Shown: piece after piece, positions 35,341-44,063 of the stretch
Numbering within the stretch: position 1 is the stretch's first letter
Layout: each line of letters starts with the position of its first letter
Assembly (NCBI GenBank): GCA_012837615.1
Contig: DUQX01000027.1
Coordinates: 1 to 60,147, forward strand
Source of the DNA: Bacillota bacterium
GTDB lineage: Bacteria; Bacillota; Dethiobacteria; DTU022; UBA8154
Direction of reading: 5' to 3'
DNA length: 60,147 nucleotides
The notes under the pieces: generated by a model
What the model saw: only the letters and a program-made list of their open reading frames with translations
Told to the model about the DNA's origin: nothing
The model's database searches: none
Program-made: the position numbers and the translations under genes

Positions 35341-35802
35341 ATGATTATTATTTATCATTGCTATGGGGGTACTCATTCTTCTGTAATGGCAGCTTCTCTT
35401 CACTTGGGTCTTTTACCCCAAGACAAGAAACCAACGGGCAAAGAACTCCTGGCGCTTCCTTATTTTGATCAACAGAGCGGCGCGGATTTTGGAAAGATTT
35501 TTTATATGGGCAAAGATGAAAGAGGCCATGAAATATTTATTATGGGCTGTAAAAACGCCGGTTATATTGTAGAACGGGCGCTAATAAATTTCTGCAGGAT
35601 TAAGGGAATTAATCCAAACGATATATTGATTGTGGATACAGTTCCCTGCCTCAATATACTGATGAGAGCGGGAGGTTTTATATCCAGGGGTCTACACCTG
35701 GTAACTCTGGGCAGGCTTTTTTTAATTCCCGGCTGCAGGAGCGCATTTAACAAAATCGTAAAGTTTGTGACCCGGATAAAAAACGAAAAGCTGCTGCCTT
35801 GA
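35341..35802 (+). CDS. DUF3189 family protein
   Basis: MIIIYHCYGGTHSSVMAASLHLG N-terminus is typical of DUF3189 (recalled from memory). Confidence 0.6.
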   Translation: MIIIYHCYGGTHSSVMAASLHLGLLPQDKKPTGKELLALPYFDQQSGADFGKIFYMGKDERGHEIFIMGCKNAGYIVERALINFCRIKGINPNDILIVDTVPCLNILMRAGGFISRGLHLVTLGRLFLIPGCRSAFNKIVKFVTRIKNEKLLP

Positions 35803-35869
35803 CAGAAAGGAATGTAAATAGGATAATGAGTTAAGATTTTATCAAACTTTTTCTTGGTGAACTGTAGTA

Positions 35870-37204
35870 ATGCTTAGGGGCAAGGGATTTATAATTAGCG
35901 GTATAAAAAAAGGAACACCGGCTGACAGGGCGGGTATTGAGACAGGTGATCGTCTTCTCAAGATTAACGGCCTGCCTTTTTTCGATCTGCTCGATTATTA
36001 TTATCTTTGCACAGAACGGAAGCTAACATTATCCATATATAATAAAAAGGGCATACGCAGGGAATACCATATTTTAAAAGAATACGACGATGATCTTGGG
36101 TTGGAATTTTTTTCACCTACGATCGGCCCGATCAGGCGCTGCCGGAACCGCTGCGTGTTTTGTTTTATTGACCAACAGCCTCCCACATTGCGGCCCTCAT
36201 TATTTGAAAAGGATGATGATTACCGGCTTTCCTTTTTTCACGGCAATTATATTACTTTAACAAATATGGGCAAGCTGGACTTAAAAAGGATTATCCGCAG
36301 GGGGTTGTCTCCTTTATATATTTCCATACATTCTACCGATCCCGCTATACGGCGCAGGATGATGAGGAACCGTTTTGCCGGGCAAATTCTAGAACAACTG
36401 TCCCACCTCGCTTCTGCAGGTATAGTAATGCACGGGCAGATAGTGCTATGTCCCGGTTTCAACGATGGCGTTCATCTACAAAAGACCATCAATGATCTAT
36501 TGCATCTGTACCCTGCATTAAGGACAGTAGCCCTCGTTCCTGTCGGTTTAACCAGGTACAGACAAAACCTTCCGGCACTAAAAAGTATTACACCGGGGGA
36601 TGCAGTTGCTATTGTTAAGCGTTTTTCAGAGCTTCAGGCGGAATTTGAGAGAAACCTGGGGACTCCCTTTGTATACCTTGCTGATGAGTTTTATCTTCTT
36701 TCCGGTTTTCCCATACCTTCCGATGCACATTACGGGAAATATGAACAGGTAGAAAACGGGGTAGGGCTTGGAAGACTTTTTCTCAATGAACTCGAGCAGT
36801 GGAAGCAAGCTCCTTTAGAATCCGTCCCCGGGGATATAGAAATCTCCCTGGTCACAGGGCAGTCCGGCAGCCCATTTATAAAATTATTTCTGATCGAGTT
36901 AGAAAAAATTAAGGGTATTAAAGCAAAGCTGCATGTCCTTGCCAACGAATTCTGGGGAGGGAATGTTACGGTCACGGGATTGTTAACAGGGAGCGATCTG
37001 CTTTCCGGATTGGCTCAACAGAAACTGGGTCAGGTTGTCTTTATTCCGGCAGTTATGCTTAAAAAAGGAACCGGGCTTTTTCTGGATAATATTTCCTTAA
37101 AGGAACTGGCAAGCAAATTAAAAGTAAAAATTGTACCCGTAAATAACCTGGCAGAGATTAGGAGTTATTTAATCAACCGTTCCACCGGACATAAACACGC
37201 ATAA
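35870..37204 (+). CDS. DUF512 / PDZ-radical-SAM-like protein (TIGR03279-type)
   Basis: N-terminal PDZ (GIKKGTPADRAGIETGDRLLKING), a CRNRCVFCF cysteine cluster, and the conserved position upstream of der. Confidence 0.7.
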   Translation: MLRGKGFIISGIKKGTPADRAGIETGDRLLKINGLPFFDLLDYYYLCTERKLTLSIYNKKGIRREYHILKEYDDDLGLEFFSPTIGPIRRCRNRCVFCFIDQQPPTLRPSLFEKDDDYRLSFFHGNYITLTNMGKLDLKRIIRRGLSPLYISIHSTDPAIRRRMMRNRFAGQILEQLSHLASAGIVMHGQIVLCPGFNDGVHLQKTINDLLHLYPALRTVALVPVGLTRYRQNLPALKSITPGDAVAIVKRFSELQAEFERNLGTPFVYLADEFYLLSGFPIPSDAHYGKYEQVENGVGLGRLFLNELEQWKQAPLESVPGDIEISLVTGQSGSPFIKLFLIELEKIKGIKAKLHVLANEFWGGNVTVTGLLTGSDLLSGLAQQKLGQVVFIPAVMLKKGTGLFLDNISLKELASKLKVKIVPVNNLAEIRSYLINRSTGHKHA

Positions 37205-37293
37205 AATAATATATCCTGGATACTATAAAATTTTATTTTCATCGTTGCTTACTTAGATTATTATATTAAGATTATCTTAAGGAGAGATTTATC

Positions 37294-38637
37294 TTGGCTA
37301 TGGCTCCACTTGTCGCCATCGTAGGCCGCCCAAATGTTGGAAAATCGACCCTTTTTAACCGTATTACGGGTGGAAGAAAAGCTATAGAAGAAAAGAAAGC
37401 CGGGGTAACCAGGGATCGCCTGTATGGAAAAGCACACTGGTTAGATAAAGAATTTCTCGTAGTCGATACGGGAGGCCTTACTTTCTCTCAAAGCGAAGAG
37501 ATAGAAATAATGATTCAAAAGCAAGCACAACTTGCCCTGGAAGAAGCCTCCGTGATATTATTTCTTGTTGATGGGAGACAAGGCCTAACTTCTCTTGATG
37601 AAGAAATAGCAGACATGCTTCGTAAACAGCGGAAACCTGTTCTGCTGGTAGTTAACAAGATCGAATCTGCCAAACAGAGCACGGCAGAATTTTATAAGCT
37701 TGGCCTGGACACGCCTTTGCCTGTTTCTGCAGCCCATGGATTAAATATCGGCGATCTGCTTGATAAGATTGTATCTTTATTCCCCGAACAGAAGATAAAG
37801 AGCCACAATGGCATCGGGGAGTATGATGCGATACGGGTAGCTGTGGTTGGACGCCCTAATGTCGGCAAGTCGTCTTTTATTAATGCATTGGTAGGCGAAG
37901 AAAGAGTTATTGTTTTTGAAGAACCGGGAACAACCAGAGATGCAATCGATACATTGGTGGAATGGGAAGGAAAAAAATATATCTTTGTTGATACTGCGGG
38001 CATTCGCAAAAAAAGCAAAGTACACGAAAATGTTGAGTACTACAGTGTACTGCGTTCCTTAAAAGCAATTGATGATGCTGATCTGGTCTTACTGTTACTG
38101 GAAGCTACCAAGGGAGTAACCGAACAGGATAAAAAAATTGCAGGTTATATCCTGGAGAGCGACAAAGCACTTATTATTGCTTTAAATAAATGGGATCTGG
38201 TTAAGGAACAGCGTAGAGAAGGTCTAGTTAATGAAATGGTGAATGAAGCTAAGAGTCAATTAAAATTCGTTTCCTTTGCTCCTATTATTTTTACATCCGT
38301 GTATGAACCCCGTCGTCTAAAAAAAATGTTCAACCTCTTCGAGGAAGTGTACAAAAATTACAGTATGCGTATACCCACCTCTGTATTAAACAACCTCCTG
38401 GCTGAAGCACAGGGAGTAAACCCTTTACCAACTTCAGGCGGAAGAAAAGGACGCATTTATTATTGGACGCAATCTGCAACCAGGCCACCCACTTTTGTTC
38501 TTTTTGTAAATAATACTGCCCTGATACATTTTTCTTATTTAAGATATCTGGAAAACCGTTTAAGGGAAGCCTTTAATTTGACAGGAACACCTCTAAAACT
38601 GCTGGTAAGAGCTCGCAAAAAGAAAGGAGGAAGATAA
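37294..38637 (+). CDS. der: Ribosome-biogenesis GTPase Der (EngA), two GTPase domains plus KH-like domain
   Basis: GRPNVGKSTLFN and a second GRPNVGKSSFINAL P-loop, DTGG/DTAG and NKxD boxes. Confidence 0.9.
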   Translation: MAMAPLVAIVGRPNVGKSTLFNRITGGRKAIEEKKAGVTRDRLYGKAHWLDKEFLVVDTGGLTFSQSEEIEIMIQKQAQLALEEASVILFLVDGRQGLTSLDEEIADMLRKQRKPVLLVVNKIESAKQSTAEFYKLGLDTPLPVSAAHGLNIGDLLDKIVSLFPEQKIKSHNGIGEYDAIRVAVVGRPNVGKSSFINALVGEERVIVFEEPGTTRDAIDTLVEWEGKKYIFVDTAGIRKKSKVHENVEYYSVLRSLKAIDDADLVLLLLEATKGVTEQDKKIAGYILESDKALIIALNKWDLVKEQRREGLVNEMVNEAKSQLKFVSFAPIIFTSVYEPRRLKKMFNLFEEVYKNYSMRIPTSVLNNLLAEAQGVNPLPTSGGRKGRIYYWTQSATRPPTFVLFVNNTALIHFSYLRYLENRLREAFNLTGTPLKLLVRARKKKGGR

Positions 38638-39234
38638 TTGTACATACTCCTCATTATTTTTTCGTATTTATTGGGTTCAATTTCTTTCGGCTACTTAATT
38701 GCAAAAATGCTGAAAGGAGTTGATATTAGAAAAATCGGGAGCGGGAACACCGGGGCAACAAATATCTCCAGATTAATGGGGTTTAAATATGCTATCTTAG
38801 TATTAATCCTCGATGCTTTAAAAGGCCTGTTGGCAATTCTCATATCATCTTACCTGGGCTTTGAAACCTGGGTTGTTCTGCTCTGCGGTTTGGCCGTGAT
38901 TATTGGTCATAACTGGCCGGCATTTTTTGCATTTAGAGGAGGTAGGGGAGCGGCGACAACGCTGGGAGTATTTCTAGGACTGGCTCCCGTCCCAACACTG
39001 GTTGTATTTGGTCTTTTTATCGTCATTATTTTAACCAGCCGTTACGTGTCGCTTGGGACCATAGTTGCGGCGGTTTTAATCCCATTTACCATGTTTTTAT
39101 TAAACTATCCCCTGAATTACTTTGTTTTTGGGCTATCCGTTTGCATCATCCTTTTATGGAGACATTATCCGAATATAATAAGGCTGCTGCAGGGCAGAGA
39201 ATCGAAACTGGGGGACAAAGTAAAAATTCCTTAA
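38638..39234 (+). CDS. plsY: Glycerol-3-phosphate acyltransferase PlsY
   Basis: LGSISFGYLIAK...GSGNTGATN...GGRGAAT motifs. TTG start directly after the der stop. Confidence 0.9.
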   Translation: MYILLIIFSYLLGSISFGYLIAKMLKGVDIRKIGSGNTGATNISRLMGFKYAILVLILDALKGLLAILISSYLGFETWVVLLCGLAVIIGHNWPAFFAFRGGRGAATTLGVFLGLAPVPTLVVFGLFIVIILTSRYVSLGTIVAAVLIPFTMFLLNYPLNYFVFGLSVCIILLWRHYPNIIRLLQGRESKLGDKVKIP

Positions 39235-39257
39235 AAAAAGGCAGGTTGTTTCAAAAT

Positions 39258-40274
39258 ATGAATATAGGTTTAATAGGTGCGGGAAGCTGGGGAACAGCAC
39301 TGGCGATAGTGCTGGGTTCTAAAGGGCTTCGAGTTTCACTTTGGATTAGAAGAAAAAATTTACTGGAAAAAATGGCAAAAACAAGAGAAAATAGCGATTA
39401 TTTGCCCGGTGTTTCATTGCCTGAAAGCATTAAGCTAACCAATGATTTGGAGGAAGCGGTTCGGGGAAAAGATCTGCTTGTTATGGCCGTTCCTTCCCAT
39501 GCCATTGGGGACTTGATTGAAAAGATGAGGGACTTTATAGGGGAGGGGACAATAATAGTCAACACCGCAAAAGGTTTGGCGAAAGGGTCTTTAAAACGCC
39601 TTTCACAGGTGATACTTGAAGGCCTTCCCCACCATCTATCCTGCAAGGTTGCGGTTTTATCCGGGCCCAATCATGCTGAAGAAGTGTGCCGGTTTTATCC
39701 GGCAGCGACAGTTGTCGCTGCCGAAGAAGAAAACGTGGCTAGAACTGTCCAGGACATTTTTATGTCTTCATTTTTCAGAGTTTACACAAACACCGATATT
39801 ATTGGAGTTGAATTGGGGGGTGCCCTGAAAAACGTTATCGCTATTGGTGCAGGCGTCTGTGAAGGAATGAATTATGGCGATAATACTAGAGCAGCTCTCT
39901 TAACGCGAGGAATAGTGGAGATTACCCGCCTAGGGCTTGCCCTGGGGGCAAAGCGCGGAACTTTTAGCGGGCTAACAGGAATAGGCGACCTTTTTGTAAC
40001 CTGTACAAGCCCCCATAGCAGAAACCGTTATGTAGGTATGATGCTCGGCAAGGGGAAATCTTTGCAGGAGATAATCTCTTCCATGAATATGGTTGCAGAA
40101 GGTATCAATACCACAAAAGCTGCCTATGAGCTTTCCCAAAAACTCGGTGTCGAAATGCCTATTACATACGAAGTATACAGAGTGCTGTTTCTGGGTGTTA
40201 AACCGCAAAATGCAGTAGAAAGCTTGATGAAAAGGGATAAGACAAGGGAAATTGAAGAAGTAGCATTTGATTAG
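39258..40274 (+). CDS. gpsA: NAD(P)H-dependent glycerol-3-phosphate dehydrogenase
   Basis: MNIGLIGAGSWGTALA Rossmann start, LKNVIAIGAG and GIGDLFVTCTS motifs. The track start at 39141 overlaps plsY. Confidence 0.9.
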   Translation: MNIGLIGAGSWGTALAIVLGSKGLRVSLWIRRKNLLEKMAKTRENSDYLPGVSLPESIKLTNDLEEAVRGKDLLVMAVPSHAIGDLIEKMRDFIGEGTIIVNTAKGLAKGSLKRLSQVILEGLPHHLSCKVAVLSGPNHAEEVCRFYPAATVVAAEEENVARTVQDIFMSSFFRVYTNTDIIGVELGGALKNVIAIGAGVCEGMNYGDNTRAALLTRGIVEITRLGLALGAKRGTFSGLTGIGDLFVTCTSPHSRNRYVGMMLGKGKSLQEIISSMNMVAEGINTTKAAYELSQKLGVEMPITYEVYRVLFLGVKPQNAVESLMKRDKTREIEEVAFD

Positions 40275-40428
40275 ATAATAAACAAGTATTACCGGAAACG
40301 AGTATTACCGGTTAGTAAGTAAATTTAAGCACTTGCATCATCTTCTAACATCATCATAGATCCCGCCTTAACCATAAGTGATATGCTTAAAACGATATGC
40401 TTTACAGCATTTTGTTTTCTTTTTAAAG

Positions 40429-40455
40429 TCTGTCTTTTAACAAGACAGATTTTTT
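40429..40455 (+). terminator. Intrinsic terminator after gpsA
   Basis: tctgtctt-ttaac-aagacaga followed by T6. Confidence 0.65.
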
Positions 40456-40467
40456 CTTTATTTTAGG

Positions 40468-40495
40468 TAATATTGTCCTTTTATCATCATATAAA
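40468..40495 (+). promoter_or_regulatory. Sigma-E-type promoter candidate for spoIVA
   Basis: TAATATT, 13 nt, then CATATAAA, compared with the sigma-E consensus kmATATT-N13-14-CATACAnT. It is about 60 nt upstream of spoIVA. Confidence 0.35.
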
Positions 40496-40553
40496 TATAA
40501 TGTTAAAACATTTTTAGTTGTAACATGCCTGACCCAAAGGGAGGGGAGAAATT

Positions 40554-42029
40554 TTGAAGTTCGACCTATTTCAGGATATTGTTGAGCGAACGGGAGGGGA
40601 CATTTATTTAGGAGTTGTAGGCCCTGTAAGAACGGGTAAGTCAACCTTTATTAAAAAATTTATGGAAATACTCGTTCTCCCCAATATTGATAACCCTCAT
40701 GTGCTGGAAAGGACAAAGGATGAACTGCCACAGGGTAGTGCCGGCAAGACAATAATGACTACAGAACCCAAGTTTATTCCCGACGACGCTATAGAAATTA
40801 AAGTGGCAGAGAATATCTCCATGCGTGTTAGATTAGTGGATTGTGTGGGTTATACGGTAGAAGGAGCATTGGGTTATGATGACCAGGGGAATCAAAGAAT
40901 GGTATCGACTCCCTGGTTCGATGAACCTATTCCTTTTGAAAAAGCTGCAGAGACGGGGACACGTAAGGTAATACAGGAACACTCCACCATCGGGATTGTG
41001 GTTACAACAGACGGAACAATTACAGATATTCCCCGCGAGAGCTATGTTGATGCCGAAAGAAGAGTAATTGATGAGCTGAAAGATATTGGGAAACCCTTTG
41101 TTGTCATACTTAATACAGTAAACCCATTTTCACAGAGCTCGCTGCAACTTAAAGACGATCTGGAGCAAAAATATGAGGTGCCTGTAGTTGCTTTAAACTG
41201 CCTGGAGCTTAATGAAGGCGATATAAATCTGCTTTTTAAAGAAGTTCTTTACGAATTTCCTGTTCAGGAGATCAGCATTAATTTACCATCATGGGTAGAA
41301 GTTCTGGACCCATCCCACTGGGTTGTAACCGAATATACAAAAGCCATACGTGAACATATCCTCAGTGCGGAGCGTCTGCGTGACGTTGAAACTTCTATAG
41401 AAGAAATAAAGAGCAATGATCTGGTAGAAGATGCGATTATCAGGAATATTGAACTGGGTACAGGTTGTGCATTTATCGAAATCACCTCGCCTCAAAGCCT
41501 GTATGACAAAATTCTTTCCGAAATTTGCGGAGTTGAAATAGAAGATGAAGCAGATCTTTTAAAAATTTTGAAGGATTTTTCACATGCCAACAAGGAGTAT
41601 AGCAAACTGGCTTATGCCCTTGAAAATGTTAAAGAAAACGGTTATGGTATCGTACCTCCCTTCCTGGAGGAAATAACTCTCGAAGAGCCGGAAATAATCC
41701 GGCAGGGAAGCCGTTTTGGGGTCCGGCTTCAGGCAAGCGCCCCATCGCTGCATATTGTCCGCGTCGATATTAAATCTGAATTTACACCAATTGTAGGCAC
41801 TGAAAAACAAAGCGAGGAGCTGGTCAATTACCTGATGGAGGAGTTTGCAGAAAATCCGGAAAAACTTTGGGAATCAAATATATTTGGAAAATCCCTTTAT
41901 GAACTGGTTAAAGACGGTATCTCCGGAAAACTTAGCAATATGCCGCTACACGCCCAGCAAAAACTTCAGCAAACCCTGGAAAAGGTAATCAATGAAGGCA
42001 GTGGGGGTTTGATCGTAGTTATCTTATAG
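40554..42029 (+). CDS. spoIVA: Stage IV sporulation protein A (spore coat morphogenetic ATPase)
   Basis: FDLFQDIVERTGGDIYLGVVGPVRTGKSTFIKKFM Walker A N-terminus and full-length colinearity with SpoIVA. Confidence 0.9.
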   Translation: MKFDLFQDIVERTGGDIYLGVVGPVRTGKSTFIKKFMEILVLPNIDNPHVLERTKDELPQGSAGKTIMTTEPKFIPDDAIEIKVAENISMRVRLVDCVGYTVEGALGYDDQGNQRMVSTPWFDEPIPFEKAAETGTRKVIQEHSTIGIVVTTDGTITDIPRESYVDAERRVIDELKDIGKPFVVILNTVNPFSQSSLQLKDDLEQKYEVPVVALNCLELNEGDINLLFKEVLYEFPVQEISINLPSWVEVLDPSHWVVTEYTKAIREHILSAERLRDVETSIEEIKSNDLVEDAIIRNIELGTGCAFIEITSPQSLYDKILSEICGVEIEDEADLLKILKDFSHANKEYSKLAYALENVKENGYGIVPPFLEEITLEEPEIIRQGSRFGVRLQASAPSLHIVRVDIKSEFTPIVGTEKQSEELVNYLMEEFAENPEKLWESNIFGKSLYELVKDGISGKLSNMPLHAQQKLQQTLEKVINEGSGGLIVVIL

Positions 42030-42086
42030 AAGCAGAGATAGTCTCCTTAAAGATAATCTCTAAGATACAGATACATTCAATCAGGA

Positions 42087-42119
42087 AAAGAAGCATTTCT
42101 TGAAAGGGAGTGCTTCTTT
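42087..42119. terminator. Hairpin between convergent spoIVA and pheA
   Basis: aaagaagca ... tgcttcttt forms a 9-bp stem with a 15-nt loop. T-rich sequence follows on the + strand. Confidence 0.5.
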
Positions 42120-42123
42120 GTTT

Positions 42124-42197
42124 CTCAAGATCCTTCGCTAATGCTCAGGATGACAATTTGACAACCTGACAATCTTGCGCATAGGTGAGCAGTTACA
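42124..42197. mobile_element. MITE-related fragment E (right half only), overlapping the pheA 3' end
   Basis: gatccttcgctaatgctcaggatgacaatttgacaacctgacaatcttgcgcataggtgagcagttaca matches the right half of copies A and C up to the TIR. Confidence 0.65.
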
Positions 42198-43023
42198 AAT
42201 CACTCTCCGCACGCGGGTAGCTCCCCAGCACTTTCAAAAATAATACCTGTTTTTCAGCTTCCTGCATAGCCTGTGCCACTATTTTTTCCTCCCGGTGCCC
42301 TTCAAAATCCAGAAAAAAAATATATTTCCCCAACTCACCCCTAATAGGGCGGGACTCGATCTTTGTCAGGTTAAGACTGTAGCGGGCGAAAACACCCAGT
42401 ATCGAATAAAGAGTTCCCGGCTTGTCATGCAGGCCGACCAGTAGAGATGTTTTATCATTTCCCGTAGGGGGCACATCATCCAGGCCAATTAGAAGGAAAC
42501 GGGTTATATTGGATGGTTCGTTCTGGATACTGTCCTGAAGTATTTCAAGGCCGTAGAGCTCCGCTGCACGTATAGAAGCTATAGCAGCTTTACCATAGTT
42601 CTGCGCCACCAGGGCAGCTGCCTCCGCTGTGCTCGCAATATTAATCCGTGGCCTTCCGGGATAATTTTTATCCAGAAATAAGCGGCACTGAGCCAGAGCT
42701 TGCGGATGAGAATAGATTTCTTTAATTTGGGACGGTTTCTGACCCGGACGTGCCAGCAGGAGCTGCCTTACCCGGAGAAGCAGCTCGCCCTGTATTTTTA
42801 CATCAGAATTGGAAAGAAGATCATGGGTAAAATTTACAGAGCCCTCCAGAGAGTTTTCCACAGGGACAATCCCATATTCTATTTCTTTGCGAGCAACGGC
42901 ATTAAACACTTTATCAAGGGCAGGGAAGGGTTTAAGTAGTAAATCCTTATCCTTAGCATACTTTATGGATACTTCTTCTGTAAACGTTCCCCGGGGGCCC
43001 AAGTAACCTAGTATCTTGCTCAC
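42193..43023 (-). CDS. pheA: Prephenate dehydratase (PDT plus ACT domains)
   Basis: LGPRGTFTEE, IVPVENSLEGSV, and ACT-domain TSLLVGLHDKPGTLYSILGVF...ESRP motifs. GTG start. Confidence 0.9.
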   Translation of the reverse strand: MSKILGYLGPRGTFTEEVSIKYAKDKDLLLKPFPALDKVFNAVARKEIEYGIVPVENSLEGSVNFTHDLLSNSDVKIQGELLLRVRQLLLARPGQKPSQIKEIYSHPQALAQCRLFLDKNYPGRPRINIASTAEAAALVAQNYGKAAIASIRAAELYGLEILQDSIQNEPSNITRFLLIGLDDVPPTGNDKTSLLVGLHDKPGTLYSILGVFARYSLNLTKIESRPIRGELGKYIFFLDFEGHREEKIVAQAMQEAEKQVLFLKVLGSYPRAESDL

Positions 43024-43139
43024 CTTAGCAGCATCCTCCCTGTAGTATGAACGACTAAACGGTAACCCATTTCTTTCAGCTGTTTCTCCACACTTTTAAC
43101 ATCCTTTATATCCGCTTCCCGCCGCATTATGAAGATCAA
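43020..43139 (-). CDS. 39-codon mini-ORF resembling the N-terminus of the aroF regulatory (ACT/ferredoxin-like) domain, translationally coupled to pheA
   Basis: SD ggggagga lies 7 nt before TTG 43139. LIFIMRREADIKDVKSVEKQLKEMGYRLVVHTTGRMLLR aligns with AroF residues 1-39, MIVVMNLGASVEDIQEVEEKITQFGYSVHRSTGKKRTIL. Its TGA overlaps the pheA GTG (GTGA). Confidence 0.4.
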   Translation of the reverse strand: MIFIMRREADIKDVKSVEKQLKEMGYRLVVHTTGRMLLR

Positions 43140-43170
43140 TCGGTTTTCCTCCCCAAAATATAATTTACTA

Positions 43171-43527
43171 TAAAAAAAGTTTACACTGTCGCAGGGACGA
43201 AAGTGTAAACTTATAAAAAAACTTCCTGCCTGAGGGACAGAAAGTTGTTTCCGCGGTACCACCCTTATTGGCTTAATCAAAGCCCACTCTATCAGGAGCG
43301 GGATTCCTTTTAACAGAATCCGATTCCTGTTCCGTTGTAACGGTTGGAAAGACCGGCGCGGCCTACTTGCCCGGAATTACGGACTCTTCGTGGGGTTCAG
43401 CCTGCAGCTCCAGAGGGAACTTCAGCCGGGTGTTTATCCAGCAGGGCTTTCAGCCGCGGCCCCGCTTCTCTGTAGTTAACATTTCCAGCCTACTTTCCTC
43501 TTTCATTACTATTGCTCTATAAATTTA
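43171..43527 (-). promoter_or_regulatory. T-box leader (probable Phe/UUC specifier) controlling pheA, with two tandem terminator hairpins
   Basis: On the - strand: AGTAGGCTG, CAGAGAAGC, GGCTGAAAG, the specifier context ctgaag-TTC-c (43417-43419), and T-box AAGGGTGGTACCGCGG (43251-43272). Terminators lie at 43213-43246 and 43171-43210, each with a U-run. Confidence 0.8.
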
Positions 43528-43633
43528 AGTCATATCTTAACATGACTAACCAACTGGTGTCAACTATATTTTGAAGACTCTTCCGGAAAAAATCTGAATT
43601 ACCCTTGACAACTAAGCCATTAATGTATAAAAT

Positions 43634-43968
43634 GTTTGACAACATAAGTAAAATCGAAAAACTGATGACGGGGATAAGTAGGCAGCCGGATCGACTGCAG
43701 AGAGCTGGGGGAAGGTGCGACCCGGCGTCGTAAGTTGCCGAAATACACTCCTGAAAAGCAAACCGAAAACCAGCGTGTATTTCCCACTTTTTTCAACGGT
43801 TAGTAGGCTTTGACGGAAACTCCCACCGTTAAAAGGGAGGGGGTATAAGGCTGTTTCTTGTTCTGCAGTCCGTACCCTTTACAAGGGAGGTTTCTTATTG
43901 AAACCTAACCAGGGTGGTACCGCGTGAAGATTAACTTCCGTCCCTAGGGGCGGAAGTTTTTATTTTTG
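43634..43968 (+). promoter_or_regulatory. T-box leader (probable Tyr/UAC specifier) controlling the aro operon
   Basis: Promoter TTGACA (43605) -17- TAAAAT. Then AGTAGGCAG, CAGAGAGC, GGTGCGA, specifier context ccgaaa-TAC-a (43744-43746), and T-box CCAGGGTGGTACCGCG (43908-43924). The terminator is cttccg...cggaag plus U-run. Confidence 0.8.
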
Positions 43969-44063
43969 ATGAAAAACGGTTTTGCTATTTACTTTAAAGG
44001 TTTTTGATAAATTACTTATGTTGCAATGATAAAAGAATAATTAAAAAAAGGGGAAGATGCTCA

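Noticed and set aside
43020-43280. Full 86-aa - strand ORF upstream of pheA.
   Set aside because: Its first 47 codons run through the T-box sequence and both leader terminators. Only the last 39 codons, which have their own SD and TTG, are considered plausible.
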